Sequence record: SRR31156797_1783
Strand: one strand, 5' to 3'
Length of the DNA: 35,851 bases
Position numbers and translations under genes: made by a program. The notes under the pieces are model-generated. The model did not search any database. It was given only the letters and a program-made list of their open reading frames with translations, and was not told the DNA's origin. Positions 1-8,888 of the stretch are shown here, piece after piece. How positions within the stretch are numbered: the first letter of the stretch is position 1; every line of letters begins with the position of its first letter.

Positions 1-1
1 A

Positions 2-1762
2 ATTGCACATATAGACCACGGTAAGTCTACCTTGGCAGACCGCTTGATTGAGTTTACCGGTGCTATGCAGCAGCGTGATATGAGCGAGCAAGTCTTGGAT
101 ACTATGGACTTGGAAAAGGAGAGGGGCATCACTATAAAGTCTCAGGCTGTGCGTATGCAGTACACTGCAGATGACGGTGAGACCTATGTCCTGAACCTAA
201 TTGATACTCCCGGTCACGTAGACTTTACTTATGAGGTATCTCGCTCACTGGCAGCATGCGAGGGTGCAATATTGGTTGTAGACGCGTCTCAGGGCATAGA
301 GGCACAGACCCTTGCCAATGTATATATGGCACTGGAGCACGACCTTGAGATTATTGCTGTTATCAACAAAATTGACCTGCCCTCTGCCGATATAGAGCGT
401 ACTAGAAACGAGATAGAGGATATTATTGGTCTTCCTGCTGATGAAGCTCCCGCTATTTCAGCCAAAGCAGGTATAAATATAAAGGACGTTTTAGAATCAA
501 TCGTTAAGCATATTCCGTCACCAACAGGAGACGAAAATGCACCTCTTAAGGCACTTATCTTTGACTCTTTTTATGATAATTATCGGGGAGCTATGTGCTA
601 TGTCAGAGTCGTTGAAGGAACAATTGCAAAGAATATCACAATGATGATGATGTCCACTGGTTCCAAATTTGAAGTTGTAGAGACAGGTACATTTGCGCCA
701 TACTGGGTGGAGAAAGATGAGTTGAAAGCAGGCGAAGTCGGCTATGTGGGAGGATCTATTAAAAATCTATCCGAAACCAAAGTAGGTGATACAATAACTG
801 ATGCTAATAATCCTGCTGATAAACCACTGGCTGGATACAAGGATGTTAAGCCAATGGTTTTCTGCGGTATCTATCCTGCCGATGGTGCTCACTATGAGGA
901 CGTTCGTGATGCACTGGAGAAATTACAGCTAAACGACGCATCTCTTATCTTTGAACCAGAGACATCTATTGCTTTAGGCTTTGGCTTTAGGTGCGGCTTC
1001 TTAGGGTTGTTGCACATGGAGATAATAGCAGAGAGACTGGAAAGGGAATTTGATCTGGATTTGGTCACAACAGCTCCCAGCGTTATCTACAAAATAATTA
1101 CAATGGACGGCGAAGAAATATTAGTGGACAATCCATCTAACCTGCCTGATATTGCAACGATAGAATATATGGAAGAGCCTATTACCAATGCTCATATCAT
1201 ATCACCTCCTGATTATGTAGGTGCCATTATGGACTTATGTCAGGAAAAGCGTGGTGTGTTTAAAGACATGCAGTACCTAGATCAGAGCCGTGTTCAGATT
1301 AACTATGATTTACCTTTGAATGAAATTATATATGATTTCTTTGATACACTGAAATCCAGAACAAAGGGATACGCTTCACTTGACTATGATATTTCTGGTT
1401 ATGCCAGAAGCGACTTGGTCAAGCTGGATATTTTGCTAAACGGCGATATCTGCGATGCACTGAGCTGTATAGTCCACAGAGAGAAGTCATATACCAGAGG
1501 TCGTGCTATGGCACAAAAGCTTCAGGAAGTTATTCCTCGTCAGCAGTTCGAAATACCTATTCAGGCAGCAATAGGTGGTAAAATTATTGCCCGTGAAACT
1601 GTACGTGCATTTAGAAAGGATGTATTGGCAAAGTGCTACGGCGGCGATATCAGCCGCAAGAAAAAGCTTTTAGAAAAGCAAAAAGAAGGTAAAAAGCGTA
1701 TGCGTCAGGTAGGCAGCGTTCAGGTACCATCTGAAGCCTTTATGTCAGTATTAAAACTATAG
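2..1762 (+). CDS. lepA: Elongation factor 4 (LepA), 5'-truncated by the window edge
   Basis: The frame is open from base 2 ([15 protein letters not shown]1). It has [17 protein letters not shown] and NKID motifs and the LepA C-terminus [24 protein letters not shown]. Confidence 0.98.
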   Translation: MAHIDHGKSTLADRLIEFTGAMQQRDMSEQVLDTMDLEKERGITIKSQAVRMQYTADDGETYVLNLIDTPGHVDFTYEVSRSLAACEGAILVVDASQGIEAQTLANVYMALEHDLEIIAVINKIDLPSADIERTRNEIEDIIGLPADEAPAISAKAGINIKDVLESIVKHIPSPTGDENAPLKALIFDSFYDNYRGAMCYVRVVEGTIAKNITMMMMSTGSKFEVVETGTFAPYWVEKDELKAGEVGYVGGSIKNLSETKVGDTITDANNPADKPLAGYKDVKPMVFCGIYPADGAHYEDVRDALEKLQLNDASLIFEPETSIALGFGFRCGFLGLLHMEIIAERLEREFDLDLVTTAPSVIYKIITMDGEEILVDNPSNLPDIATIEYMEEPITNAHIISPPDYVGAIMDLCQEKRGVFKDMQYLDQSRVQINYDLPLNEIIYDFFDTLKSRTKGYASLDYDISGYARSDLVKLDILLNGDICDALSCIVHREKSYTRGRAMAQKLQEVIPRQQFEIPIQAAIGGKIIARETVRAFRKDVLAKCYGGDISRKKKLLEKQKEGKKRMRQVGSVQVPSEAFMSVLKL

Positions 1763-1834
1763 ATTAATACTTAAGCTCTTATAAACAGAGCAAATGCAAT
1801 TATTTGCAGTCGAAAAATTTTATTGGAGAGATAG

Positions 1835-3334
1835 ATGTTATTTAACTCACTACAGTATGTGGTATTTCTGCCCATTGTTCTGGCACTTTATTACATACTT
1901 CCTCATAAATTCCGCTGGATACTGCTCTTAATCGCCAGCTACTTCTTCTATATGTGCTGGAATGTATCCTATGCGGTTCTTATAATGATTTCAACCGTTG
2001 TCACTTTCTTTTCAGGAATTCTTATTTCCAAGCAGAATGAGAAAAAAGAAAAAGGTGAGATAGAAGAAGATACAGCAACTAGGAAAAAGAAACTTTTCGT
2101 TGCCTTATCCCTAATTATAAATCTCTCAATACTTGCATTCTTTAAATATTCACCAATGGTTCTAAAGACAATTGACAGCATATCAAAGGCATTGGGACAC
2201 AACACAGAAGTTCCTCAGTTTAGTTTCCTGCTGCCTGTAGGTATTTCATTCTATACATTTCAGGCTCTTAGCTACACTATGGACGTCTACCGTGGCAAGA
2301 TTGGTGCATCCCGTCACTTTGGTAAATATGCACTCTTTGTCAGCTTCTTCCCCCAATTAGTTGCTGGACCTATTGAGCGGTCTACCAATCTATTACCACA
2401 GTTTGATGAAGTGAAAAAGTTTGACTTAGTCAAGGCTCGCAAAGCATTTCTATTGATATTGTGGGGATTGTTCAAGAAAGTCGTAATAGCGGACAGAGTA
2501 GCTATTGCCGTACAGTCTGTATATGCAGATGTTACTATTCACAATGGATTAACAATTTCCTTTGCAACATTCTTATTTGCCATTCAGGTGTACTGCGATT
2601 TCTCTGCATATTCTGACATTGCAATAGGCTCTGCCAATCTGATGGGCTTTAACCTGATGAAAAACTTCGACAGACCATATTTCTCCAAGTCAATCGGCGA
2701 ATTCTGGAGACGCTGGCATATATCGCTGTCCACATGGTTTAAAGATTATTTATACATTCCTTTAGGTGGGTCCCGGGTATCCCTTGGCAGGTGGGCCTTT
2801 AATGTAATGGTTGTATTCACCTTGTCCGGTTTATGGCATGGTGCCGACTGGACTTATGTCATCTGGGGCGCAATGCATGGTGTGTATCAGGTAATCGGTA
2901 GATTTACGAAGGGTTTCCGAGACAGTACACTTCAAAAGCTCCACATTAAACGTGAATGGAAAATCATGCAGCTAATCTCTATGGCAATAACATTTGCACT
3001 CTTTTGCTACGCACTTATGATATTCAGATGCAACGATATTCCTCAGGCACTATATGCAACTGTCGAGGTGTTTAAGCTAAATGGGGATATGTTTAATCTA
3101 AATGCATTGCTAGTAAATGCAGGTATGAGCATGAACGACTTTATACTATCATCTGCAACGGTTCTGCTGCTGCTAATAGTACAGATAATACAGGGCAAAA
3201 CAACTATTGGCGATTTGCTGGAGAGAAGCAGCTGGGTTGTGCGCTGGGTTGTGTACTTTGCATTAATATTTGGAGTGATACTGCTGGGGCTATATGGTGT
3301 AGGCGATGCTGCATTTATATACTTCCAGTTCTAA
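1835..3334 (+). CDS. MBOAT-family O-acyltransferase (AlgI/PatA/DltB-like)
   Basis: MLFNS start, LPVGISFYTFQ, FFPQLVAGPI, FWRRWHISLS, catalytic GLWHGA and C-terminal FIYFQF motif. Many hydrophobic helices; GGAG RBS. Confidence 0.93.
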   Translation: MLFNSLQYVVFLPIVLALYYILPHKFRWILLLIASYFFYMCWNVSYAVLIMISTVVTFFSGILISKQNEKKEKGEIEEDTATRKKKLFVALSLIINLSILAFFKYSPMVLKTIDSISKALGHNTEVPQFSFLLPVGISFYTFQALSYTMDVYRGKIGASRHFGKYALFVSFFPQLVAGPIERSTNLLPQFDEVKKFDLVKARKAFLLILWGLFKKVVIADRVAIAVQSVYADVTIHNGLTISFATFLFAIQVYCDFSAYSDIAIGSANLMGFNLMKNFDRPYFSKSIGEFWRRWHISLSTWFKDYLYIPLGGSRVSLGRWAFNVMVVFTLSGLWHGADWTYVIWGAMHGVYQVIGRFTKGFRDSTLQKLHIKREWKIMQLISMAITFALFCYALMIFRCNDIPQALYATVEVFKLNGDMFNLNALLVNAGMSMNDFILSSATVLLLLIVQIIQGKTTIGDLLERSSWVVRWVVYFALIFGVILLGLYGVGDAAFIYFQF

Positions 3335-3344
3335 GGATAAAGAT

Positions 3345-4322
3345 ATGAAAAAAAGTGATAAAAAACATAGAGTAATTATCAGAGCAGTTATTTTTGTAAT
3401 ATTGTTCTTTGTGATGTTTGCATTTATGGAAGCAATATTTCACGATAGAACTCAGGTGCATACAGGCTGGGCATATGTCTATCAGGAAGAAATAGATGTG
3501 CTTATATTAGGCTCATCTCAGGTTCACTATGCTATAGATGCAAAGAAGATTACAGATGAAACAGGACTATCTGTAGTGGATGTATCTTCAGGCGCACAGA
3601 GCATCAAGCAAACTTACTACAATTTGGTAGAAATTCTAGAGCATCAAGAACCTGAATTAGTTGTTATCGAGACATACGGAATATTAGAAGACACCCTTAC
3701 CTGGATGGAAGCAAACGGCACTTTGGGGCTTGTGCTTGCAGGTATTGACGATATGGAGATGGGATATAACAAACTTAATGCTGCATTTTCAATATTAAAA
3801 TTTGAAGGTTACCCTGTATTTCATATAATGCGTGAAGCTGGCAAAACCCAGAGACTTATTGCAGGTATTAAAGATTTGTCAAATAGAATACGCAGACTAT
3901 TCGCTGATAATCAGGTAATCCTAGATGAAAACAGAGGATACATGCCAAATCTGGAAACCTGCTCAGATGAAACATACATCAAATACAAAGATGTAGAGCC
4001 TGCTCCTATGTATGAATTAACCGACGAGGCATTAAAATATACTGACAAGATAATTGAGCTTTGCGAGGAAAAAAATATACCTTTAGAATTCGTAAAGACA
4101 CCTCTTTTAAAGCGTGCAAAAGTCTTATCAGGTCAGACAGCCCTTGAGAATTATTTTGAAGAAAAGGGCTATGATTATCCAATGTACAATCTGATGGATG
4201 AGAAATATGGTATTGAATTAGGGCAGGAACACTACTGCGACTATAACCATATGAATCATGCCGGAGCAGAAGTTCTCAGCCAGTGGTTTATAAATCATTT
4301 CACCGAAATATTGGATAAATAA
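3345..4322 (+). CDS. Membrane-anchored SGNH-hydrolase-like acyltransferase, partner of the MBOAT (AlgJ/PatB/DltD-like)
   Basis: N-terminal TM helix, ILGSSQ (block I Ser) and C-terminal DYNH (DxxH). Lies directly after the MBOAT gene. Start moved to ATG 3345 behind AAGGA. Confidence 0.75.
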   Translation: MKKSDKKHRVIIRAVIFVILFFVMFAFMEAIFHDRTQVHTGWAYVYQEEIDVLILGSSQVHYAIDAKKITDETGLSVVDVSSGAQSIKQTYYNLVEILEHQEPELVVIETYGILEDTLTWMEANGTLGLVLAGIDDMEMGYNKLNAAFSILKFEGYPVFHIMREAGKTQRLIAGIKDLSNRIRRLFADNQVILDENRGYMPNLETCSDETYIKYKDVEPAPMYELTDEALKYTDKIIELCEEKNIPLEFVKTPLLKRAKVLSGQTALENYFEEKGYDYPMYNLMDEKYGIELGQEHYCDYNHMNHAGAEVLSQWFINHFTEILDK

Positions 4323-4384
4323 GTAATATATTCAAAATAATAAGCTGAAAAGCAACAATATTCCTTTTATCTGTCGGTATTTCA

Positions 4385-4413
4385 TTGACTTATAGTAAAT
4401 AATATACTAAAAT
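4385..4413 (+). promoter_or_regulatory. Putative sigma-A promoter
   Basis: TTGACT, 17 nt, TAAAAT upstream of the 4454 ORF. Confidence 0.55.
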
Positions 4414-4453
4414 TTAGTTATATATCAATATTAATTAAGAAATGAGGAATAAT

Positions 4454-4693
4454 ATGTATAACGATGATCCGGTAAGAGTTGGTGAGTGGATAGGTGTTTT
4501 CTTACTTTCAATGATTCCAATTGTAAACATCATCCTGTTTTTTGTGTGGGCATTTGGCAACACCAAGCCAAGCAAACAAAACTATGCTAAAGCAGTATTA
4601 ATTATGATGGCAGTATGCATTGTACTTGGATTGATATTTAGTTTATTGTTCGGAATGTCATTCGCAAATTTGGCTAATAGCTACAGTTACTAA
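4454..4693 (+). CDS. Small two-TM membrane protein, conserved hypothetical
   Basis: IPIVNIILFFVWAFG...KQNYAKA pattern with two hydrophobic segments. GAGGA RBS lies before ATG 4454, and a terminator follows. Confidence 0.75.
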   Translation: MYNDDPVRVGEWIGVFLLSMIPIVNIILFFVWAFGNTKPSKQNYAKAVLIMMAVCIVLGLIFSLLFGMSFANLANSYSY

Positions 4694-4729
4694 GCAATAA
4701 CAACAGTAAGTATTATTGTATTAAACATG

Positions 4730-4763
4730 AAAAGGTCAGTAATTACTGATCTTTTTTATTTTT
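4730..4763 (+). terminator. Intrinsic terminator
   Basis: AAAAGGTCAGT-AATT-ACTGATCTTTT hairpin running into a T-rich tail. Confidence 0.7.
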
Positions 4764-4835
4764 CATAAATTTTCAGGAACTATTTTACTGCTTTATAAGT
4801 CTAAAGATATAAAGACGCTATTTGTGAGGTTTACT

Positions 4836-5177
4836 ATGAAAAAGTTAATTTTAGTACTAATTGTAGTATTTGCAGTGTTGTTAGCAGCATGCGATAGTAT
4901 AGACGATATAATGCCATCAGTTACTCCGATAAATAATAATTCAAATGATATAGTTTCATTTGAAGCAGTAATTATAGAATTAAGTGATGACAGCGCTATC
5001 GTTGAGCCATACGAAAATGAAAGTATTAGAGGCTCAGCAGATAAAATAATTATCAGCTTAAAAGACAATGACGAGCAGTTTATTGTAGGAGATAATATTA
5101 TCGTTTACTATGACGGTTCTGTTATGGAAAGCTATCCTGCACAAGTAAATGTACTAGGGATAAAGAAAATAGACTAG
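4836..5177 (+). CDS. Small lipoprotein, DUF3221/YobA-like
   Basis: MKKLIL...LLAAC lipobox and C-terminal VGDNIIVYYDGSVMESYPAQ motif. GAGG RBS lies before ATG 4836. Confidence 0.75.
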   Translation: MKKLILVLIVVFAVLLAACDSIDDIMPSVTPINNNSNDIVSFEAVIIELSDDSAIVEPYENESIRGSADKIIISLKDNDEQFIVGDNIIVYYDGSVMESYPAQVNVLGIKKID

Positions 5178-5187
5178 AGCAGTATCT

Positions 5188-5961
5188 TTACTGCTCAATA
5201 ATTTCTACAGTAACATTATCAATATAGACTTCAGTGGTTTCATTTACACCTGAATCTACACCAATCATTATATATATTTTACCTTCGTCATTTGATTTGA
5301 CATCATATGCTGAAACAATATTCTTAATCTCATAAGTATCATTGCTGCTGTTGTGTTTTTGTATATTATCCAGCACATTGCCCTCTGTACCACTTTGGTC
5401 ATTGTTGCCTATATCCCAGTTAACACGCAGTACATTTTCACTGTCAATTATTGTTGCTAAGGGCACATTTGATGCACCTGTTTTTATAAATACATTTTCC
5501 TTACTTGCTGTATTAGTGCTGTACGTTCCCATCGGAATATTAACTGCAATATCAAAACTAATAGATACAGAATAATAAGTACTGGGCAACACCTCAAATC
5601 CTTTCGTTATATACATCAGCAAATCATTATTTTGATTGCTGCCTTTAAGTTTATAGCCCATAGAACCAATATCAGGAATTGACACTACTTCATTTTCCAA
5701 TGTTAAGGATTTCTCCTTACCTTGAGGATAATCAGCAAATCCTCCGAAATACCCATCATCACCATTTTCAAAATCAGTAAAGTAGCTTATTACAGGGTTT
5801 GGCTGATTTGTATTTACATCAGGCAATGTTGTAGGCGTTTGTGTCTCTGGAGCAGGCGGTATAGGTGTTGGCTGGTTTTCCTCTTCATCAGCTTTTCTGC
5901 AGGATACGCATGAAACAGTCACAGAAAAAATCATTATAAGTACAAAAACTAGTTTTTTCAT
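5188..5961 (-). CDS. Lipoprotein of unknown function with a Pro/Thr linker and a beta-rich domain
   Basis: MKKLVF...VSCVSC signal/lipobox, QPTPIPPAPETQTPT linker and DFENGDDGYFGGFADYP segment. AAGGA RBS. Confidence 0.7.
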   Translation of the reverse strand: MKKLVFVLIMIFSVTVSCVSCRKADEEENQPTPIPPAPETQTPTTLPDVNTNQPNPVISYFTDFENGDDGYFGGFADYPQGKEKSLTLENEVVSIPDIGSMGYKLKGSNQNNDLLMYITKGFEVLPSTYYSVSISFDIAVNIPMGTYSTNTASKENVFIKTGASNVPLATIIDSENVLRVNWDIGNNDQSGTEGNVLDNIQKHNSSNDTYEIKNIVSAYDVKSNDEGKIYIMIGVDSGVNETTEVYIDNVTVEIIEQ

Positions 5962-6122
5962 AGTCAATCCTTGTTAAAAAATTATTTATATGTATTTTGT
6001 GCATTTAATCTATAAATATTTTGGTATAATCAGTAAAAAAAAATATAGATACATTATTTTATAAGAATATAGTATAATATGATTTTAGAAATATATTATT
6101 AAATGAGAAAGAGAAATCCCTA

Positions 6123-7571
6123 ATGGGTAAGAAACTGCATAAAAACATATTAATACTTATTTTTACTGTCATTTTCACAGCTTTCGGATCCTCCAGCGTA
6201 CTTGCAGATGAAAATACCATTAATGTTGGTCCATACAAAGCTAATTTGGATTTAGATATTCTATATGGCATAGCTCCCAGTACAAGTATCTGGCAGTTTA
6301 TTGAAAATGTATATCCTTTCGACAGCGATATTACAGTTACTGATGAATATGGCGTTGTAATAAGCGGCGGTGATATTTTTACAAACATGCAGACAATGAT
6401 AGATTTCGATGAAGAGCAAAATCTCAAAACCATAATAAATGGCGATGTAAATATGGACAATATTATTGATGAAAATGATATTGCGCTTATAAAGAAATAT
6501 ATTCTCCAAGGCGCAACATTGTCGCCCATCGAGCAAATACTCTATGATGTAAATATGGACAACTCCATTGACATATGTGATATTGTAAGTATCAAGAATG
6601 TAATTAATAATGCTGAATTATCAGCAAATCCCATAGTAAACTCTATTACCATGAATTATTCATATGAAACTATGAAATCAGATGCATTATTACTCAGTGA
6701 AGCATATCCAGTCCTCTGTGATGTCAGTGTAATCGGTCAGTCAATTTTTGGCAGAGATATATACGCAGTACGTGTTGGGAATCCTGAAGCAGAAAATCAC
6801 ATATTAATTCACGGAGGTATCCATGGCAGAGAGCATTTAACTTCTATGCTTATCATGGATCAGGCAGAATATCTCATGAGTAAATCACAAGATTTATTCA
6901 ATAACAAAGAGATATATGCATACTTGCAAAACACCTGTATACACTTTATTCCTATGGTAAATCCTGATGGTATAATGCTGTCTCAGGAGGGAATAGAATC
7001 CGTACCTCAGGAATTTAAAGAAGAAATACCAAACCTCATCGCAATGAGTGATAACGGAGATTTCTCTACATGGAAAGCAAATGGGCGAGGCATTGATTTG
7101 AACAGGAATTTTGACGGCTCATACGATGATGTCAGCATTCAGTCACCAGGAGCAAGCGAGCCTGCATTTGAGATGTACGGTGGTGAAGAATACTTCACAG
7201 AGCCAGAAAGCATTGCACTGCGGGATTATACCTTAAGCTACGATTTTGATATAACAATCAGCTATCATTCAGCAGGTGAAATAATATTCTGGTTCTATAA
7301 TCAAGAGGATGGCTTGCTGGCTGTCAATTATCAGCTTGCTGCAACCGTAGGCAGTATTACAGGCTATGAAGTATTAGGCAGCGATATGCCTCCAACCACA
7401 TCAGGTTACAAGGACTGGGCTGTTCAGCAGCTTCAAATCCCCAGCTTAACTGTCGAAACCGGCAGTGTTAAAACGCCTCTGCCATATAGCCAATATGAAG
7501 AAATCTACAATGCCAACCTTATCCTGCCTCTTGAACTGATAGAATTTAACGGAGTGTACAGCATTGAATAA
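6123..7571 (+). CDS. Secreted dockerin-containing M14 zinc peptidase (gamma-D-glutamyl-meso-diaminopimelate peptidase-like)
   Basis: Signal peptide (VLA/DE) and a duplicated DVNMDN calcium-binding loop. M14 motifs: HGGIHGREH, PMVNPDG, NGRGIDLNRNF, EPES, SYHSAG, LTVETG. Confidence 0.88.
   Translation: MGKKLHKNILILIFTVIFTAFGSSSVLADENTINVGPYKANLDLDILYGIAPSTSIWQFIENVYPFDSDITVTDEYGVVISGGDIFTNMQTMIDFDEEQNLKTIINGDVNMDNIIDENDIALIKKYILQGATLSPIEQILYDVNMDNSIDICDIVSIKNVINNAELSANPIVNSITMNYSYETMKSDALLLSEAYPVLCDVSVIGQSIFGRDIYAVRVGNPEAENHILIHGGIHGREHLTSMLIMDQAEYLMSKSQDLFNNKEIYAYLQNTCIHFIPMVNPDGIMLSQEGIESVPQEFKEEIPNLIAMSDNGDFSTWKANGRGIDLNRNFDGSYDDVSIQSPGASEPAFEMYGGEEYFTEPESIALRDYTLSYDFDITISYHSAGEIIFWFYNQEDGLLAVNYQLAATVGSITGYEVLGSDMPPTTSGYKDWAVQQLQIPSLTVETGSVKTPLPYSQYEEIYNANLILPLELIEFNGVYSIE
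6441..6612 (+). repeat. Dockerin duplicated segment
   Basis: GDVNMDNIIDENDIALIKKYIL ... YDVNMDNSIDICDIVSIKNVI. The 17-mer GATGTAAATATGGACAA occurs identically at 6444 and 6546. Confidence 0.85.
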
Positions 7572-8853
7572 GATATTAAAAAATATTATCATATTAACAG
7601 TTATTATAATATTTCCTCTTAATGGCTTATTCATTTCAAAGGCTACTGATGTACCCAAATCAGATATCAGCGGTACACAGGTTGTAGCACCCGGCGAAGA
7701 AATCACAATTACAGTCAACGTTAAAGGCAATGATATAGCAGCTGCACAGATGGATGTATATATTGAAGATAGGTTCTTCGAGATAATGAATATTAGTGAT
7801 GTGAATAACGACAACTGGACTATTGAACACTTTGTCACCGATAAAATATCTATAGTAGCATACTGCAATGATTTATCTTCGCTGACAGATATCTCTTTGT
7901 TGCAAATAACCCTAAAAGCAAAAGATTATATTATCAAAGGCGATAAAACCAGCATAAATATTAAAAACTGCAAAGTTATATCACGTGAATTTTCAAATAC
8001 GCTTAGCCTTGCTGACAGCGAATATTCCATTTATGTGGGGGAATTCGCCCAAGCTAGGGACTGGAGCAGTCAAAAAGCCACTATTGATACCTCCAATAAT
8101 AGCTCTATTGATTTATATATGTATGAATATCCACAAGTACCTAATTGGGTGCTTTTGGCTGCAATAAACAATAATATCAGCATAAATGTTCATATGGTAG
8201 GATATGACTACAAAATCGACCCAAACAATCTTGATGAAGAAAATATAAAAGATGATTTCTACGCTATGTCGTTGCATGTAGATTATGATGGACATAAGTA
8301 TACCGATAATCAGATAGCTTTGATTGATATAACAGATTCTGATAATTACCCCGGCATGGTACAGTACTCCATCTATATGCCTGAATCAGATGCAGGTGAT
8401 ACACTAATGCTGTATAGAGTTGATGAATCATCAAAATATGAATTACTCGGCGAGTATCTGGTAAATGAAGATAAGAATATCATTGTTAATATTTCTGATT
8501 TCGGTAAATATATTGTCTCCAAAGCTGAGATTACAGGAGATTTACTAGCACCATATAAGAAACAGGAAATGCCTGAAGACGTACAAGTCAACGAGAATCT
8601 GGGAACTGAAATCATCACTGTCGTAATTATATTCATAATAATTGCTCTTTTCTGGCTGGCTGCTGTATTGTTTTTCCGTGCAGTCAGAAAAAGAATATAC
8701 AGAAAGAAAATCAATGCCAGAACAATGGAGCTGTTATTAGATGAAGATAAAGATGAGATGTATTATCTGGATTTACCTCATGATGAAAATACTGATGATA
8801 ATAATGATGTTGTAGTATCAGATGATAATGAAACAATCAATGATGAGGAATAA
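7564..8853 (+). CDS. Membrane-anchored protein with an N-terminal cohesin-like domain, C-terminal TM helix and acidic tail
   Basis: Signal peptide, then VAPGEEITITVNV-IAAAQMDVY-LLQITLKAK-TSINIKN beta-strand pattern typical of cohesins. TM helix IITVVIIFIIIALFWLAAVLFF is followed by a basic patch and a D/E-rich tail. The TTG start overlaps the upstream stop by 8 nt. Confidence 0.7.
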   Translation: MNKILKNIIILTVIIIFPLNGLFISKATDVPKSDISGTQVVAPGEEITITVNVKGNDIAAAQMDVYIEDRFFEIMNISDVNNDNWTIEHFVTDKISIVAYCNDLSSLTDISLLQITLKAKDYIIKGDKTSINIKNCKVISREFSNTLSLADSEYSIYVGEFAQARDWSSQKATIDTSNNSSIDLYMYEYPQVPNWVLLAAINNNISINVHMVGYDYKIDPNNLDEENIKDDFYAMSLHVDYDGHKYTDNQIALIDITDSDNYPGMVQYSIYMPESDAGDTLMLYRVDESSKYELLGEYLVNEDKNIIVNISDFGKYIVSKAEITGDLLAPYKKQEMPEDVQVNENLGTEIITVVIIFIIIALFWLAAVLFFRAVRKRIYRKKINARTMELLLDEDKDEMYYLDLPHDENTDDNNDVVVSDDNETINDEE

Positions 8854-8888
8854 AAAAGTGCAGTGAGTAGTCACTGCATCCTTTATTT
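8852..8888. terminator. Probable bidirectional terminator between convergent operons
   Basis: A6, then TGCAGTGA-GTAG-TCACTGCA, then TCCTTTATTT. The U-tract is stronger on the minus strand. Confidence 0.7.

Noticed and set aside
32-1762. lepA starting at TTG 32
   Set aside because: The G1 motif (AHIDHGKST) lies upstream in the same frame, so the true start is outside the window.
6444-6562. 17-nt direct repeat as a CRISPR or mobile-element signature
   Set aside because: Only two copies, in frame inside a CDS, encoding the two dockerin calcium-binding loops.
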